Virus record (IMG/VR): IMGVR_UViG_3300020392_000005
Length of the DNA: 64,000 bases
Source: a virus
Strand: one strand, 5' to 3'
This document shows, in pieces, positions 8,384 to 17,856 of this stretch. Position numbers and translations under genes: made by a program. The notes under the pieces are model-generated. The model was given only the letters and a program-made list of their open reading frames with translations, did no database searches and was not told where the DNA came from. Every line of letters begins with the position of its first letter. The first letter of the stretch is position 1.

Positions 8384-8673
8384 TTGATTATTTTATGTTT
8401 CCTTAATACCTGTCTTGTTTTGATTTCTTTAGTTGACGCTTTGCCGTGTCTGTCTGCAAACGGCGTACCTGGATTACGCTCAGCTATCTTTGATTGTAAT
8501 TCTTTCCAGCCTCCATCGTTTTTGATACCTCCAGTACCACTTATTATATTTATGCTACTGACTTTCTGCTGAATATGAGGATTTTGTTCTAAATATGTCT
8601 CCTTTTCAGATATTGACATAAATTCAGAATACTCTTTTCCTGTCTTCTTATTGATGAAATCGTATGTTGGCAT
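8380..8673 (-). CDS. FmdB-like (MPTY) protein lacking the Zn cysteines
   Basis: MPTYDF.N..TG...DGGW.E motif common in T4-like phages. Confidence 0.7.
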   Translation of the reverse strand: MPTYDFINKKTGKEYSEFMSISEKETYLEQNPHIQQKVSSINIISGTGGIKNDGGWKELQSKIAERNPGTPFADRHGKASTKEIKTRQVLRKHKIIK

Positions 8674-9059
8674 TATTTCAAACTTAAATGATACAACGCT
8701 TGTGAGGTAACATCTGTCATTTCTTCCAGTATGCTATCAATATCAATGTATTGTTTGTTATCATTTATACCATCAATGTATTTTGCACACTTTGATAGGT
8801 AACCTGAATATTCTACGATACTATGTTTAGTATGTTCAGGTGATTGATAATTCTGTAATGTATGTTGTCCACTCTCTATGTGTATTCGTTTATCTTGGTT
8901 ACCTTGCCAAGTCTCAACTAACTGGTCGTTTAATTTCCATAACTTCTCGTAATATTCTCCTAGTGCTTCGTGTTCAGCATAACCTTTTGTCTGCCAATGT
9001 GCCAGTTGAATATTATTTAAGAATACTATTGTCTTACCGACTAACTCTTCTATCATCAT
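8673..9059 (-). CDS. Ferritin/Dps-like four-helix protein
   Basis: HWQT...HEAL..YY..L...D.LVE..QG pattern. Confidence 0.7.
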   Translation of the reverse strand: MMIEELVGKTIVFLNNIQLAHWQTKGYAEHEALGEYYEKLWKLNDQLVETWQGNQDKRIHIESGQHTLQNYQSPEHTKHSIVEYSGYLSKCAKYIDGINDNKQYIDIDSILEEMTDVTSQALYHLSLK

Positions 9060-9070
9060 AACTTGCCTTT

Positions 9071-9232
9071 CTAAACTTTATAATTATGAACCTTTGGTTT
9101 AAGGTCTTCCTCTTTTTGTTTCTTCTCTTTTTCAATAACATTATTAGCAACTATGTATGCTATCATAAAACCTACTATGGTAATTAAGATACCAAACACA
9201 CCCATTAATAATCCGTGTTCTAGTCCTATCAT
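9071..9232 (-). CDS. Small single-TM protein (53 aa)
   Basis: Manual ORF MIGLEHGLLMGVFG...; ATGA coupling. Confidence 0.6.
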   Translation of the reverse strand: MIGLEHGLLMGVFGILITIVGFMIAYIVANNVIEKEKKQKEEDLKPKVHNYKV

Positions 9233-9855
9233 ATATTGTACATTTCTCCTTGGTCTGCTAATTCTGCTAACTTACAACCTTCTGTATACCATTCAGGTGC
9301 TTTACCAGGTAAAGTCCAGGCAGCAAACCTTCGTTTTTTCATTACATAATATTGTCTATACGATTTGACAACATCAATGTTACCTTCTTCGTCAAACGCC
9401 TTACACTCTTCAGGCATTGCTGGTGTAGGTAAAGTACCAATAGTTCCTAATGGTGCATTTTTAGGTGGTTGACTTAACAACTCACCGAGTAATAAAAATG
9501 ATTTATGACCACCTGTCTTTTTGTTTTTAGGAAATCTTTCCATAAATTCGTCATTGAGAGCTTTGAAGTGTCTGTATAACCATATGTAGTTATACGCTGA
9601 CTTGATTACCCACTTCGTACTAGGGTGACCTAACCAACCTGCTTTGTAAATGATATTCTCTTCGTTTGCATTATCTAATCGCCATCTTTTAATACTTCTA
9701 CCGTTTTTAGTTTTGTCTGTATATGGCGTACCATCTAACACTCGTTTTGCTGTACATAGCATTTGAGCACTCTCTAGTATCATCTTTACAATATGTTTAT
9801 CACAAGCCATCTTGGCTGCGATAATAGGGTCTTTGTCAAGTACAAATATATTCAT
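9229..9855 (-). CDS. Pyrimidine-dimer DNA glycosylase (DenV-like) family protein
   Basis: MNIF.LD.DP..AA...CDKH.VKM.LE.AQML, HPS..W, AMP, YR.YY. Confidence 0.8.
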   Translation of the reverse strand: MNIFVLDKDPIIAAKMACDKHIVKMILESAQMLCTAKRVLDGTPYTDKTKNGRSIKRWRLDNANEENIIYKAGWLGHPSTKWVIKSAYNYIWLYRHFKALNDEFMERFPKNKKTGGHKSFLLLGELLSQPPKNAPLGTIGTLPTPAMPEECKAFDEEGNIDVVKSYRQYYVMKKRRFAAWTLPGKAPEWYTEGCKLAELADQGEMYNI

Positions 9856-9995
9856 TAGTTCACCTTATTAAATTTTATACACAACTGCTTCCAGACACCA
9901 GTCCAGAACATAGTCGCCCACTTTGATTGTGCTTTGTTCATCATTTTCTCAGCATTACCAATCAATTCGTTTTGTCTCTTTTTTGTGTAATTCAT
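9855..9995 (-). CDS. Small hypothetical protein (46 aa), probably leaderless
   Basis: Manual ORF MNYTKKRQNELIG...KVN; TAATG coupling to the next gene. Confidence 0.6.
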   Translation of the reverse strand: MNYTKKRQNELIGNAEKMMNKAQSKWATMFWTGVWKQLCIKFNKVN

Positions 9996-10001
9996 AGTCA
10001 T

Positions 10002-10030
10002 ATAATATCACTTTCCTGTTTAGTTGTCAA
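10002..10030 (-). promoter_or_regulatory. Sigma70-type promoter
   Basis: TTGACA-N17-TATTAT. Confidence 0.7.
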
Positions 10031-11090
10031 GCTTAGATTTCACTAGTGTTTTGTCGGTTTCCACATCTTCAGCACTCATTTCCTTTACCGAAGAGGCATT
10101 CCAGTCTAATATCTGGTCCATTTTGATACGAATTTCGTCAGGATCCAGACCCATTGCTCTAATCTCTTTGTCACCTAATAAGGTAAAAAACTTCTCATAG
10201 TCTTCATTTGTTAAGTTCTTTTTAGCAAACTTCTTAAAAAACTCTTTGTAGTTCTTATTCTGTTTAATACTTTCTGCAAGTTTCTTCTCGTCTCGTTTTA
10301 ACTGCAAGTCTTCTTTTCTATTCTTTCTTTTCTTATCTGCGGCTCTTCGTTCTAAAAAACCTGCAAGTGATATATTGGCAGCGATTAATAACAATACTGC
10401 TAATGGGTCAAATACAAATATCAATACAATGATTACCCACCTTACTGCCTCGTCAAAATAGTCTTTTGCATTATCACCATAAATTAATTCTGCAATATAT
10501 TTTAGAGGTCCTACTTCTGCCTCTATCTTCGCCTGGTCTAATTCTATTGTGTTCTTCTCTAACATTAACTTGTCTATGTTATCCATAGCACTATCAATTG
10601 TTAGTTTTAATTCTTTTCTTTCTTCTTCTTGTTTTCGTCTTTCTCTTAAACCTCTTGTTGCATATTCTTTATTTAAATATACCTCAATAGATTTATCAAG
10701 TTGTAGTAAAGTCTTTTCTGCTCTTTCTATAACTCTCTCTTCTTGTAATATTCTCTGGTCTATTAATGTAATCTTACTCGTATAGTTTGTAGTAGGAGTT
10801 ACCTGGTCTAAATGTGCCTTTGATAAGAAACCAAATATACCCATAGAGGTAACAAATACTAACACGATAACCGAAGTTGTCAAGTAGTATTTTATTGTTT
10901 TAGGTAAGTTCTTATTGTGCCAGTTTTGATATAACCAAGAAGCAGTAACCAATTTACCGACTTCTAATACACCACCCATTACCATAATAGGTATCTTCGC
11001 ACCTGCAAAGATGGCCGCAAGACCTAGTATACTATACAAGGCTGCTACTGCCGATATTGATATCGCTGATAGAAATGCTATTATACCCAA
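10020..11090 (-). CDS. Membrane protein with coiled coil (3 TM + coiled coil + TM)
   Basis: LEVGKLV.ASWLY, TSMGIFGFLSKAH, VGP.KYIA, FDPLAV motifs typical of large phages. Confidence 0.8.
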   Translation of the reverse strand: MGIIAFLSAISISAVAALYSILGLAAIFAGAKIPIMVMGGVLEVGKLVTASWLYQNWHNKNLPKTIKYYLTTSVIVLVFVTSMGIFGFLSKAHLDQVTPTTNYTSKITLIDQRILQEERVIERAEKTLLQLDKSIEVYLNKEYATRGLRERRKQEEERKELKLTIDSAMDNIDKLMLEKNTIELDQAKIEAEVGPLKYIAELIYGDNAKDYFDEAVRWVIIVLIFVFDPLAVLLLIAANISLAGFLERRAADKKRKNRKEDLQLKRDEKKLAESIKQNKNYKEFFKKFAKKNLTNEDYEKFFTLLGDKEIRAMGLDPDEIRIKMDQILDWNASSVKEMSAEDVETDKTLVKSKLDN

Positions 11091-11093
11091 TGT

Positions 11094-11405
11094 TTATCTC
11101 CTATGTACTATATATTCGTAACCATCTAACTTTTCTAATTTCTTTTGTGTAAAAGAAAAGTTATCATCATCTAGGTAAGTTCTCATCTTCTTAAATATCT
11201 TTGCTGATTGTCTACCTGGAAAACAACTCATAACATCTTTTTGCCAGTTGCCAGTAAAGTATACTTTCTTCTGACCTCGTTTTAGTCGTTCAAATATTAC
11301 GAAAGATTTATTAATCATATCTTTAAGATAAGGATCCATATACGGACGATTATCTTCTTTGATGTTCATATAACTTTCTTCCATCCAATTATTAGGTCTT
11401 GTCAT
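11094..11405 (-). CDS. Hypothetical protein
   Basis: ORF track; coupled to the upstream gene. Confidence 0.7.
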   Translation of the reverse strand: MTRPNNWMEESYMNIKEDNRPYMDPYLKDMINKSFVIFERLKRGQKKVYFTGNWQKDVMSCFPGRQSAKIFKKMRTYLDDDNFSFTQKKLEKLDGYEYIVHRR

Positions 11406-12094
11406 TACATATTCTCCTCAAGTTTTCGTATCTTCTTAATAATAAAAATTACTCGTTTATCATAGTCAGGCGTTGTACTAAACTTCTTAATGTGTTGTAC
11501 AAGTACCAATGGGTCAAGGTATCCGTCTCTTGCTAACATTTCTGTTCTCACTTTACGGAAGTCTTCATATGCAGGATGCTCGTTGAGCAATCGCATATAT
11601 TCTTTTACACTATCGCATTTACTAGCGAATATTCTTACACCCCAACCACGCCATTTCTTAACGCCGTGAGGTATCATATGTGGCATATCTTTATTCCAAG
11701 TTCGTATACCGAACAAGTTATTACCTTCTACTGCAAATCTACTCGTACCCCAACCACTCTCTAACGCAGCCTGAGCTGTTATCATTTCGTATGGTATTCT
11801 GAATACTTTAGGTTGTGTGAAGTTTAGGTAATTGATACACTTATGAGTTGCCCTAACGAATTGTAAATCGTTGTTGTATTGAAATTCAGGCTCTCGTAAG
11901 TCTAGTTCTTTAAGTTTATCAAGGTAAGAGTTCTCGTACTCTATCTTAATATGTCTTAATGTAAAATCGTTAGGATAAAATGTACCAACTGCAAATATAA
12001 AAAATATAGATACGATTATCGCTGATACACGCTTTGCCCAATACTTTGTAATGGACCAATAGTCTTTTGTTTGTTTCACTTTATTTCTCACCAT
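11405..12094 (-). CDS. Glucosaminidase (GH73/Bax-like) with N-terminal TM
   Basis: AQAALESGWGTSRFA..GNNLFGIR, LN.HPAY..FR. Confidence 0.9.
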   Translation of the reverse strand: MVRNKVKQTKDYWSITKYWAKRVSAIIVSIFFIFAVGTFYPNDFTLRHIKIEYENSYLDKLKELDLREPEFQYNNDLQFVRATHKCINYLNFTQPKVFRIPYEMITAQAALESGWGTSRFAVEGNNLFGIRTWNKDMPHMIPHGVKKWRGWGVRIFASKCDSVKEYMRLLNEHPAYEDFRKVRTEMLARDGYLDPLVLVQHIKKFSTTPDYDKRVIFIIKKIRKLEENM

Positions 12095-12109
12095 AATATA
12101 ATATTAGTA

Positions 12110-12532
12110 TTAAATCATATTAATGCCTGCTCTTTTCATTTTAGGTTTAAATGAATAGAACAGCTTATTATGATTGCCACTATCTCCTACATTTCTCATT
12201 TGATACAGATGGACAATTTCGTGTGCAAGTGTATCAATGAATTGTCTTTTGTTGGCATAGGTTGTGTTCATTTCTAAATGAAACACGGAAGTGCCTTTTC
12301 GTTCCCACTCCCATTGAGTTACCTGGCCAAAGCATTTCTGCCTTCTCAAATCTTTTATAACAACATCATTGAAAGGTGCTAATATTCCGTCAAACACCGT
12401 ATCATTAATATACTTAAACCACTTCTTAATATCTTTGTAGGTAGTATAGTACTTTGTAGTATGCTCACACTCGGCTTTTACTTTTTTCTTTAAAGTTGCA
12501 TACCTAACTGATTTAGGTTTCAAAGATGGCAT
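12110..12532 (-). CDS. SprT-like zinc metalloprotease
   Basis: TLAHEIVHLYQ...H...F. Confidence 0.8.
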   Translation of the reverse strand: MPSLKPKSVRYATLKKKVKAECEHTTKYYTTYKDIKKWFKYINDTVFDGILAPFNDVVIKDLRRQKCFGQVTQWEWERKGTSVFHLEMNTTYANKRQFIDTLAHEIVHLYQMRNVGDSGNHNKLFYSFKPKMKRAGINMI

Positions 12533-12542
12533 TGTTCTCTCT

Positions 12543-12692
12543 CTATTTTTTGTTTCTTTTTTCTTTATACTCTTTATATTCTAAAGATAGAAATATCCAG
12601 ATACTAGCAAATACTATAATCCAGATTTCTTTAGGTGCGATTGAATACAACAATTGTGTAAAATCATACCCAACTTCAAAAAATCGTTCCAC
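12543..12692 (-). CDS. Small single-TM protein (49 aa)
   Basis: Manual ORF from GTG with GGAGG RBS. Confidence 0.6.
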   Translation of the reverse strand: MERFFEVGYDFTQLLYSIAPKEIWIIVFASIWIFLSLEYKEYKEKRNKK

Positions 12693-12701
12693 GGTTCCTC
12701 C

Positions 12702-13022
12702 CTAGTTGTTTTCTAATGATTTCTTATATCTTTTGTCTGCATTTAATCTAATATCAGTTGCGATACCTTCTAGTATAGCAGGTAAATGCTTCTCCATAGT
12801 AAAAGTTAAGTCAATAGCAAACTTGTGGATTAACCTTTCAAGTTCAGCTGACATTACTTTGTTATGGTCTATGTTGCCTGATATTGTCTCTTTAAGTATA
12901 TGAGCGCTAGTCGCTGTAGCGTATTCACTTGCTTTCGCTTTCTGCATAGTCAAGTGTAGACCTACACCCATTAACCATATAAAAAAACATATGTAAACAA
13001 AGGTTTTCAATACTCTTATCAT
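12702..13022 (-). CDS. Hypothetical exported/membrane protein
   Basis: ORF track; N-terminal TM/signal. Confidence 0.7.
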   Translation of the reverse strand: MIRVLKTFVYICFFIWLMGVGLHLTMQKAKASEYATATSAHILKETISGNIDHNKVMSAELERLIHKFAIDLTFTMEKHLPAILEGIATDIRLNADKRYKKSLENN

Positions 13023-13054
13023 AATATAATAGTCCTCGCTTTCATTATGTATTT

Positions 13055-13090
13055 ATTCTATCAGGTTTTAGGATATATGTCAAGCAAAAA
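13055..13090 (-). promoter_or_regulatory. Sigma70-type promoter
   Basis: TTTTTTGCTTGACA-N17-TAGAAT. Confidence 0.75.
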
Positions 13091-13130
13091 ATACCCTTAT
13101 TTTACTAGTATTTCTGCAACTTTTAGTTGT

Positions 13131-13640
13131 CTAAATTTTGACAAAATCATCATTCCAACCAAACGCTTCTTTTACTAGATTTGCTGTAAGACCTTTATAT
13201 GTGTTATTCAGTTTCTTCTCTTTTACATTAATCAATAAGTCTGCCTCTGATTTATGTAAACCTTCTAAAATCTGAATAAACAAAGTCTCTTTTCTCATCT
13301 TGTTAAGATTAGCGTCAGCACCTTTTACAAAGTGCCATAGTCTCTTCGCCTCTTGGTCAAGGTAAGTATGTTCAGTTCCTAATGGCGCTTCGTTAGCGAT
13401 ATAAGGTGGTGAACCAGCAGGTAAATCCCACTCAATCTTTGGGTCAAATGCACCTTTGAGAATTTGTCTCAATGCAGGACTATCGTATTGTGTTAGGATT
13501 TCTAGTTTCTTAGCCTTGTCTTTAGCGTTATTAACTTTGGTAAGAATTTCGTGGAATGTTAAAGCCATCTTGCTACTAGTTTCGTTTGCCGCTTTAAGAG
13601 CATTGTTTTGTAGTGCAGGATTTGATTTTACTTCAGCCAT
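13131..13640 (-). CDS. Conserved T4-like hypothetical protein
   Basis: FD..I.W.LP.G.PPY, R.E.LFIQ.LEGLH..EA motif; late promoter upstream. Confidence 0.8.
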   Translation of the reverse strand: MAEVKSNPALQNNALKAANETSSKMALTFHEILTKVNNAKDKAKKLEILTQYDSPALRQILKGAFDPKIEWDLPAGSPPYIANEAPLGTEHTYLDQEAKRLWHFVKGADANLNKMRKETLFIQILEGLHKSEADLLINVKEKKLNNTYKGLTANLVKEAFGWNDDFVKI

Positions 13641-13675
13641 TTCAGTTTCTCCTTAATTTATTCATTTTATTAATA

Positions 13676-13683
13676 TATTTATA
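13676..13683 (-). promoter_or_regulatory. T4-type late promoter
   Basis: TATAAATA. Confidence 0.8.
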
Positions 13684-13687
13684 CAGG

Positions 13688-13945
13688 TTATCTACCTATC
13701 TTCTTACTACGACCCATAGGTACCTTGACCCATCGGTCAATCTTACTACCTTTTCGGTTCGTATATTCAACTCTTAACTCCTTCGTACCTTTCGGTGCCG
13801 AGTTTTGTATAGACTTGAATATCTTTTTAAACGACAAACCTTCTTTAGTTTCTTTAAATTCTTTGCCGTCTGTTATCGTTATATTCAACTTCCGTTTAGA
13901 AGTCGTCTTATTAAATATGTTTCCAAATGTTGCAATACCTGTCAT
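13688..13945 (-). CDS. Basic hypothetical protein
   Basis: ORF track; AGGAG RBS. Confidence 0.7.
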   Translation of the reverse strand: MTGIATFGNIFNKTTSKRKLNITITDGKEFKETKEGLSFKKIFKSIQNSAPKGTKELRVEYTNRKGSKIDRWVKVPMGRSKKIGR

Positions 13946-13953
13946 TTATTCTC

Positions 13954-14175
13954 CTATTGATAACTTGCATATACCACAAAGACTAAACACATTACAAAGC
14001 ATATTGCAAGTGTATGATTACCTAAATTCCAAGCACTTGTACCTACCGTATCTGGATTCTTTGGGTCAATCATTGCCTCTTTAGTTGTAAGTTTCCTCTT
14101 CTGTAATTTAGGACCTTGTATGATATCATTACCATACTGGTCTTCTGTTTCAAATAGTTGTGGTTGTTCACTCAT
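13954..14175 (-). CDS. Hypothetical protein with C-terminal TM
   Basis: ORF track. Confidence 0.65.
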   Translation of the reverse strand: MSEQPQLFETEDQYGNDIIQGPKLQKRKLTTKEAMIDPKNPDTVGTSAWNLGNHTLAICFVMCLVFVVYASYQ

Positions 14176-14387
14176 TAAAATTTTCTTACTATATGTTTTC
14201 TTAACTCTTTAACAAAAAATTCAATCTTATCTATTGCACCTATCAATGTAGGGTCTGTAATATAATTAGTTTGACTTTTTAATCTATCGTATTCTTTCAA
14301 AGGTATCGTAACCGTTGATTGTTCGTTCTCATAAGTCAAGTCGTGGTCGTGTGTATCTCTTCCGTGTTGTGTATCGTCTGTACTCAT
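14175..14387 (-). CDS. Hypothetical protein
   Basis: ORF track; coupled. Confidence 0.65.
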   Translation of the reverse strand: MSTDDTQHGRDTHDHDLTYENEQSTVTIPLKEYDRLKSQTNYITDPTLIGAIDKIEFFVKELRKHIVRKF

Positions 14388-14496
14388 AATATTTGTAATA
14401 TGAAAGGTGAAGTCGTATACAATCTGGCGCTTCCTTCACCTATCATATATTCTCCTATCGTTGTACTCATATCTTTCTTTGTAGTTGTTGTTATAA

Positions 14497-14530
14497 AGGA
14501 GGCGGGTCCACTCTCGCTTTACCGCCTCCT
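14497..14530 (-). terminator. GC-rich hairpin, possible terminator or processing site
   Basis: AGGAGGCGG / CCGCCTCCT stem followed by a short T run. Confidence 0.55.
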
Positions 14531-14578
14531 CTATTTTCCTCAAGCCTATTTTAATTAGGTAGAAGAGGAATTAGGTTA

Positions 14579-14842
14579 TTATGCTGAGTAAGCAACTTGC
14601 TTACCGAACACCTTGTTGATACCAGCAGCGATAATCGCTTTGCTTGGTGTACCAACTCTATAAGATACTCCAGTTTTTGACCTATTCTCATAAATCATTA
14701 AACCTTCGTTTCTCAATTTACCAACCATAGCAGCTGGTGATTTAAGGTCAAATTTATTCCTTAGAGTTTTCCAAGAAACATCTGAACCTGTTTGGAAAAG
14801 ATTTCTAATCTTTTCAGTTTTTGATAGAGCTTTTCTACCCAT
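14579..14842 (-). CDS. Winged-helix-like DNA-binding protein
   Basis: SK..KI.NL...G..V.W..L...F.L.SP...V..LR.EG..IY.N...YR.G.P; start moved to MGRKALS (AGGAG RBS). Confidence 0.7.
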   Translation of the reverse strand: MGRKALSKTEKIRNLFQTGSDVSWKTLRNKFDLKSPAAMVGKLRNEGLMIYENRSKTGVSYRVGTPSKAIIAAGINKVFGKQVAYSA

Positions 14843-14968
14843 AACATTATCTCCTTTTGATAATTTAAAAATGTTAAACATAATGTCTAACCTCCATTGT
14901 TTGATTTTTATGTCTTGTCTGACAATCGCTATGGTAAATCGCATTATAATGGTTTATCATAGTCAATT

Positions 14969-15499
14969 CTATTTCTCCGTATCACTAGGCGGACCATCAT
15001 CATTTGGGTCTTCGCCAGGAAACGGATTAAATTCAAAGTCTTCTGTAAATACAAACATACCATTGTTTCTATCGTTTAGTTCATCTGATACATTTTTATT
15101 AATCGGTTTTGTAGTCGCTGTACTATCATCTGTCATATTACCATATTCAATACGAGCGGTCACTACACCTGCTTTATTCATCTTTAGTTTAACAGATTGG
15201 TCTATAACTTTATGTATAGGATGTGCAACACTAAATTGTCTATACAATAGACCTCTGATAGCATCCATAACAAGTGCTAAATCTTTTGTAAAGTTATCTT
15301 GTTTGGTATCTAATTGCATACCAACAAACTCTCTAATCAAATCTAATCCTAGTTTATCTGTACTAGTCTCTACAAATTTTGCTGTCTGATAATCTCTCAT
15401 CTTCTTCTGTGCCTTTGGGTCAACAGAAATAGGTTGTTTCTTCATCTTGTTTTCAGGAAACAAGATAACATTATCAAACTTATCTTTATCTTTATCCAT
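14969..15499 (-). CDS. Hypothetical protein (NVILFP motif)
   Basis: ORF track; start adjusted. Confidence 0.7.
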   Translation of the reverse strand: MDKDKDKFDNVILFPENKMKKQPISVDPKAQKKMRDYQTAKFVETSTDKLGLDLIREFVGMQLDTKQDNFTKDLALVMDAIRGLLYRQFSVAHPIHKVIDQSVKLKMNKAGVVTARIEYGNMTDDSTATTKPINKNVSDELNDRNNGMFVFTEDFEFNPFPGEDPNDDGPPSDTEK

Positions 15500-15764
15500 C
15501 GTGTATGATTGAACCTTTGAAGTCAACTTTACCTTCTTTGTTATAGTGTTCTATTAACTGATTGTAACCGCCAACTAACTCGCCATCTATCTTAATCTGT
15601 GGCATACTTCTAACTCTTTTACCTATATCTTTTAACATATCGTCAACACTATCAAAAGATTCCATTTTCTTTTCTTCAAATTTCAAGCCAAGGCCTTTTA
15701 GTAAGGCCTTTGCTTTATCACAATAAACACAATTGTTTTTTGAATATACAATTATATTACTCAT
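15492..15764 (-). CDS. nrdC: Glutaredoxin (NrdC-like)
   Basis: CVYC, PQI.IDG..VGGY. Confidence 0.92.
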   Translation of the reverse strand: MSNIIVYSKNNCVYCDKAKALLKGLGLKFEEKKMESFDSVDDMLKDIGKRVRSMPQIKIDGELVGGYNQLIEHYNKEGKVDFKGSIIHDG

Positions 15765-16404
15765 TGCCTTCTTTCTTTTTCTTTGAAGTCTCTTCAACTG
15801 ACTTGAAGGCTTCAGCAGCTTTTAGTTTAATTTTATGACTATCTACAACTTCTTGTATTGTGTAATCATACATCTTATTAAACTCTCCTAGAGGTAATCT
15901 TAAACCAATCCAAGCACGATAGTAACCTTTCTTTGTTCTGGTAACTTCCTGTGCAAAGATTTCATATCCTCTAACTGGCGTATTCGCAATGATATTAACC
16001 ATCGCTGTTTCAACTTCTGTAACCACGGTCTTAACATTAGTCTTACCTATCTCGGTTACAAATATCTTCGCCTTCTTATTCATTTCACCTGCAACAATAT
16101 CAGCCATTTCTGCTTTCGCAATCAATTTTGCTTTCTCTATCGCAAGTTCAAGTGATGGTGATACACTAGTACCTACACCGAAGATACAAGCCTTGTCATC
16201 TTCGTCTGTTTTGACTAGACCATTGTTCGCCCACATTGATATATCACAATGTTTCTTAACATCAAAGTCTGCCATATACCATTTAGGCACTTCGTTAACT
16301 ATCTTATCACTCTCTTGTTTTATCTTGTATGTTTTAGATGAACAAGCGTTAAGTGTTATCGCCAAAGCAGCAATTACACCTATTTTGATTATGTTTTTAT
16401 ACAT
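15757..16404 (-). CDS. LPP20-like lipoprotein
   Basis: Lipobox LNAC, VP.WY, G.G...S..L.LA..KA...AK. Confidence 0.75.
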   Translation of the reverse strand: MYKNIIKIGVIAALAITLNACSSKTYKIKQESDKIVNEVPKWYMADFDVKKHCDISMWANNGLVKTDEDDKACIFGVGTSVSPSLELAIEKAKLIAKAEMADIVAGEMNKKAKIFVTEIGKTNVKTVVTEVETAMVNIIANTPVRGYEIFAQEVTRTKKGYYRAWIGLRLPLGEFNKMYDYTIQEVVDSHKIKLKAAEAFKSVEETSKKKKEGNE

Positions 16405-16552
16405 TTTCTTTTACACTCCTAACTATACTATACAACATTTCACTAAACTTGTCAATAAGCTGATTATTTTCAATATAAGCAACTACATCGGAAGCTGTAG
16501 CACCTGTCATAATAATAACTAGGAGACCGATAATAATAACATTTTTTATCAT
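16397..16552 (-). CDS. Small membrane protein (51 aa)
   Basis: Manual ORF MIKNVIIIGLLVIIMTG...; TAATG coupling. Confidence 0.6.
   Translation of the reverse strand: MIKNVIIIGLLVIIMTGATASDVVAYIENNQLIDKFSEMLYSIVRSVKENV
16427..16455 (-). promoter_or_regulatory. Sigma70-type promoter inside the small ORF
   Basis: TTGACA-N17-TATAGT. Confidence 0.7.
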
Positions 16553-17130
16553 TATTTTCTCTCCCATTGACCATCATTTGTTAAACACGCCTTACCGATG
16601 GCTTTGTAAGCGTGTGAAGGTTGAGAATACAACCTACAATATTCAGGAGCGTTCAAATCTTTGTAATAGAAGGCAGCAAATAGTTCCCAATAACCAGGTT
16701 TCTTTGCTTTCTCTAACTCAATTTGTTTCTCCAATTCTGCAATCTTTTCCTTATCTGTTCTACCGTGTTCAGTATCAGCACATTCCATAATTTCTTCTTT
16801 GACAATCTCATCACCTTTTTGTCTTATAACAATCTTAATGAAACACCATTGTCCGTCTCGTTCAAATCTCTCTAGTGTTGTTGATTTTAGAATACCTTTT
16901 TTCTCGTTCTCTTCAATTAGTTTTAATTTGTCTTCTACTTTTTTTGATATCTCGTTTATATATACATCTGCCACAGGCGCTGAATTGACCTTACTCTCTT
17001 CTTTATATGTAATAGGTTTCTTCATAATCCAATCGTCTGCCTTGGCGTGGTCATACACTAACATAATACCAAAAGTAAATATAGCAACAACCCATATCGT
17101 AGGTAAGTGGTCTAGTATCCATCTTTTCAT
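16552..17130 (-). CDS. Exported protein with 17-kDa-antigen-like C-terminus
   Basis: Signal/TM; C-terminal YCR...G.AC...DG.W. Confidence 0.65.
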   Translation of the reverse strand: MKRWILDHLPTIWVVAIFTFGIMLVYDHAKADDWIMKKPITYKEESKVNSAPVADVYINEISKKVEDKLKLIEENEKKGILKSTTLERFERDGQWCFIKIVIRQKGDEIVKEEIMECADTEHGRTDKEKIAELEKQIELEKAKKPGYWELFAAFYYKDLNAPEYCRLYSQPSHAYKAIGKACLTNDGQWERK

Positions 17131-17687
17131 TTGTACATACTTCCTTTCTCTACCCAACGACCATCAGGCATTTGACATACAACACCAAATCTAGTGTCTA
17201 CATCTTGCGAACCGATACCAACAACTGGCCAAGAGTTCTTAATATTAAAATTACTTTCATACTCTTTACAAATCAAAGGACCTTGAGCATAACTTCTGTT
17301 TATCTTCACGGTGCCATTTGAACCTGTCTTACTATTATACCAGTTCGTATAACTCGCAACACCAGGACCATTATTTAAATGGTCTACAAATACTGCATTG
17401 TGCAAATCATAATCACTATCATATAATAAATTACTGCCGGCAAACGAACCTAATATCGTGCAACCTGCAACTAAATATGGGTGGGCGTCAAGTAATTCTA
17501 AACAACTCATAGCACCTGTCGCACCTCCTAGTACTGCACCTAAATGAGACCTTGTAAATGTAGGTCTCTCATCTTGGTTAATACTATTATTGACAATCAT
17601 ATTAGAACCGTCAATCTTCTTATTATTAGCACACGCACCTAGCGTGAAACTAATTAGTAAAATCAAAATTATTTTCTCTAATTTCAT
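17127..17687 (-). CDS. Glycine-zipper lipoprotein, Rickettsia 17-kDa surface antigen-like
   Basis: Lipobox LGAC, GAVLGGATG, W.N..TG..G, CKEY, VCQ.PDG.W. Confidence 0.8.
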   Translation of the reverse strand: MKLEKIILILLISFTLGACANNKKIDGSNMIVNNSINQDERPTFTRSHLGAVLGGATGAMSCLELLDAHPYLVAGCTILGSFAGSNLLYDSDYDLHNAVFVDHLNNGPGVASYTNWYNSKTGSNGTVKINRSYAQGPLICKEYESNFNIKNSWPVVGIGSQDVDTRFGVVCQMPDGRWVEKGSMYK

Positions 17688-17856
17688 TACATACCTTTTG
17701 TTGATTTTCAGATAATATTACAGCAAAGTCGTTTGCTGTGTTATCAACGACAAACCTTTCAGCCATTTTACTATCTGTCCACCAGACCTGTGCCCTAGCA
17801 GATACAGGCCTGATTAGGAAGGTTCCGTCGTTGGCACTTGTCAATTGAAAGTCCAT
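17650..17856 (-). CDS. Hypothetical protein
   Basis: ORF track; start moved to MDFQLTS (TAATG coupling). Confidence 0.65.
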   Translation of the reverse strand: MDFQLTSANDGTFLIRPVSARAQVWWTDSKMAERFVVDNTANDFAVILSENQQKVCNEIRENNFDFTN

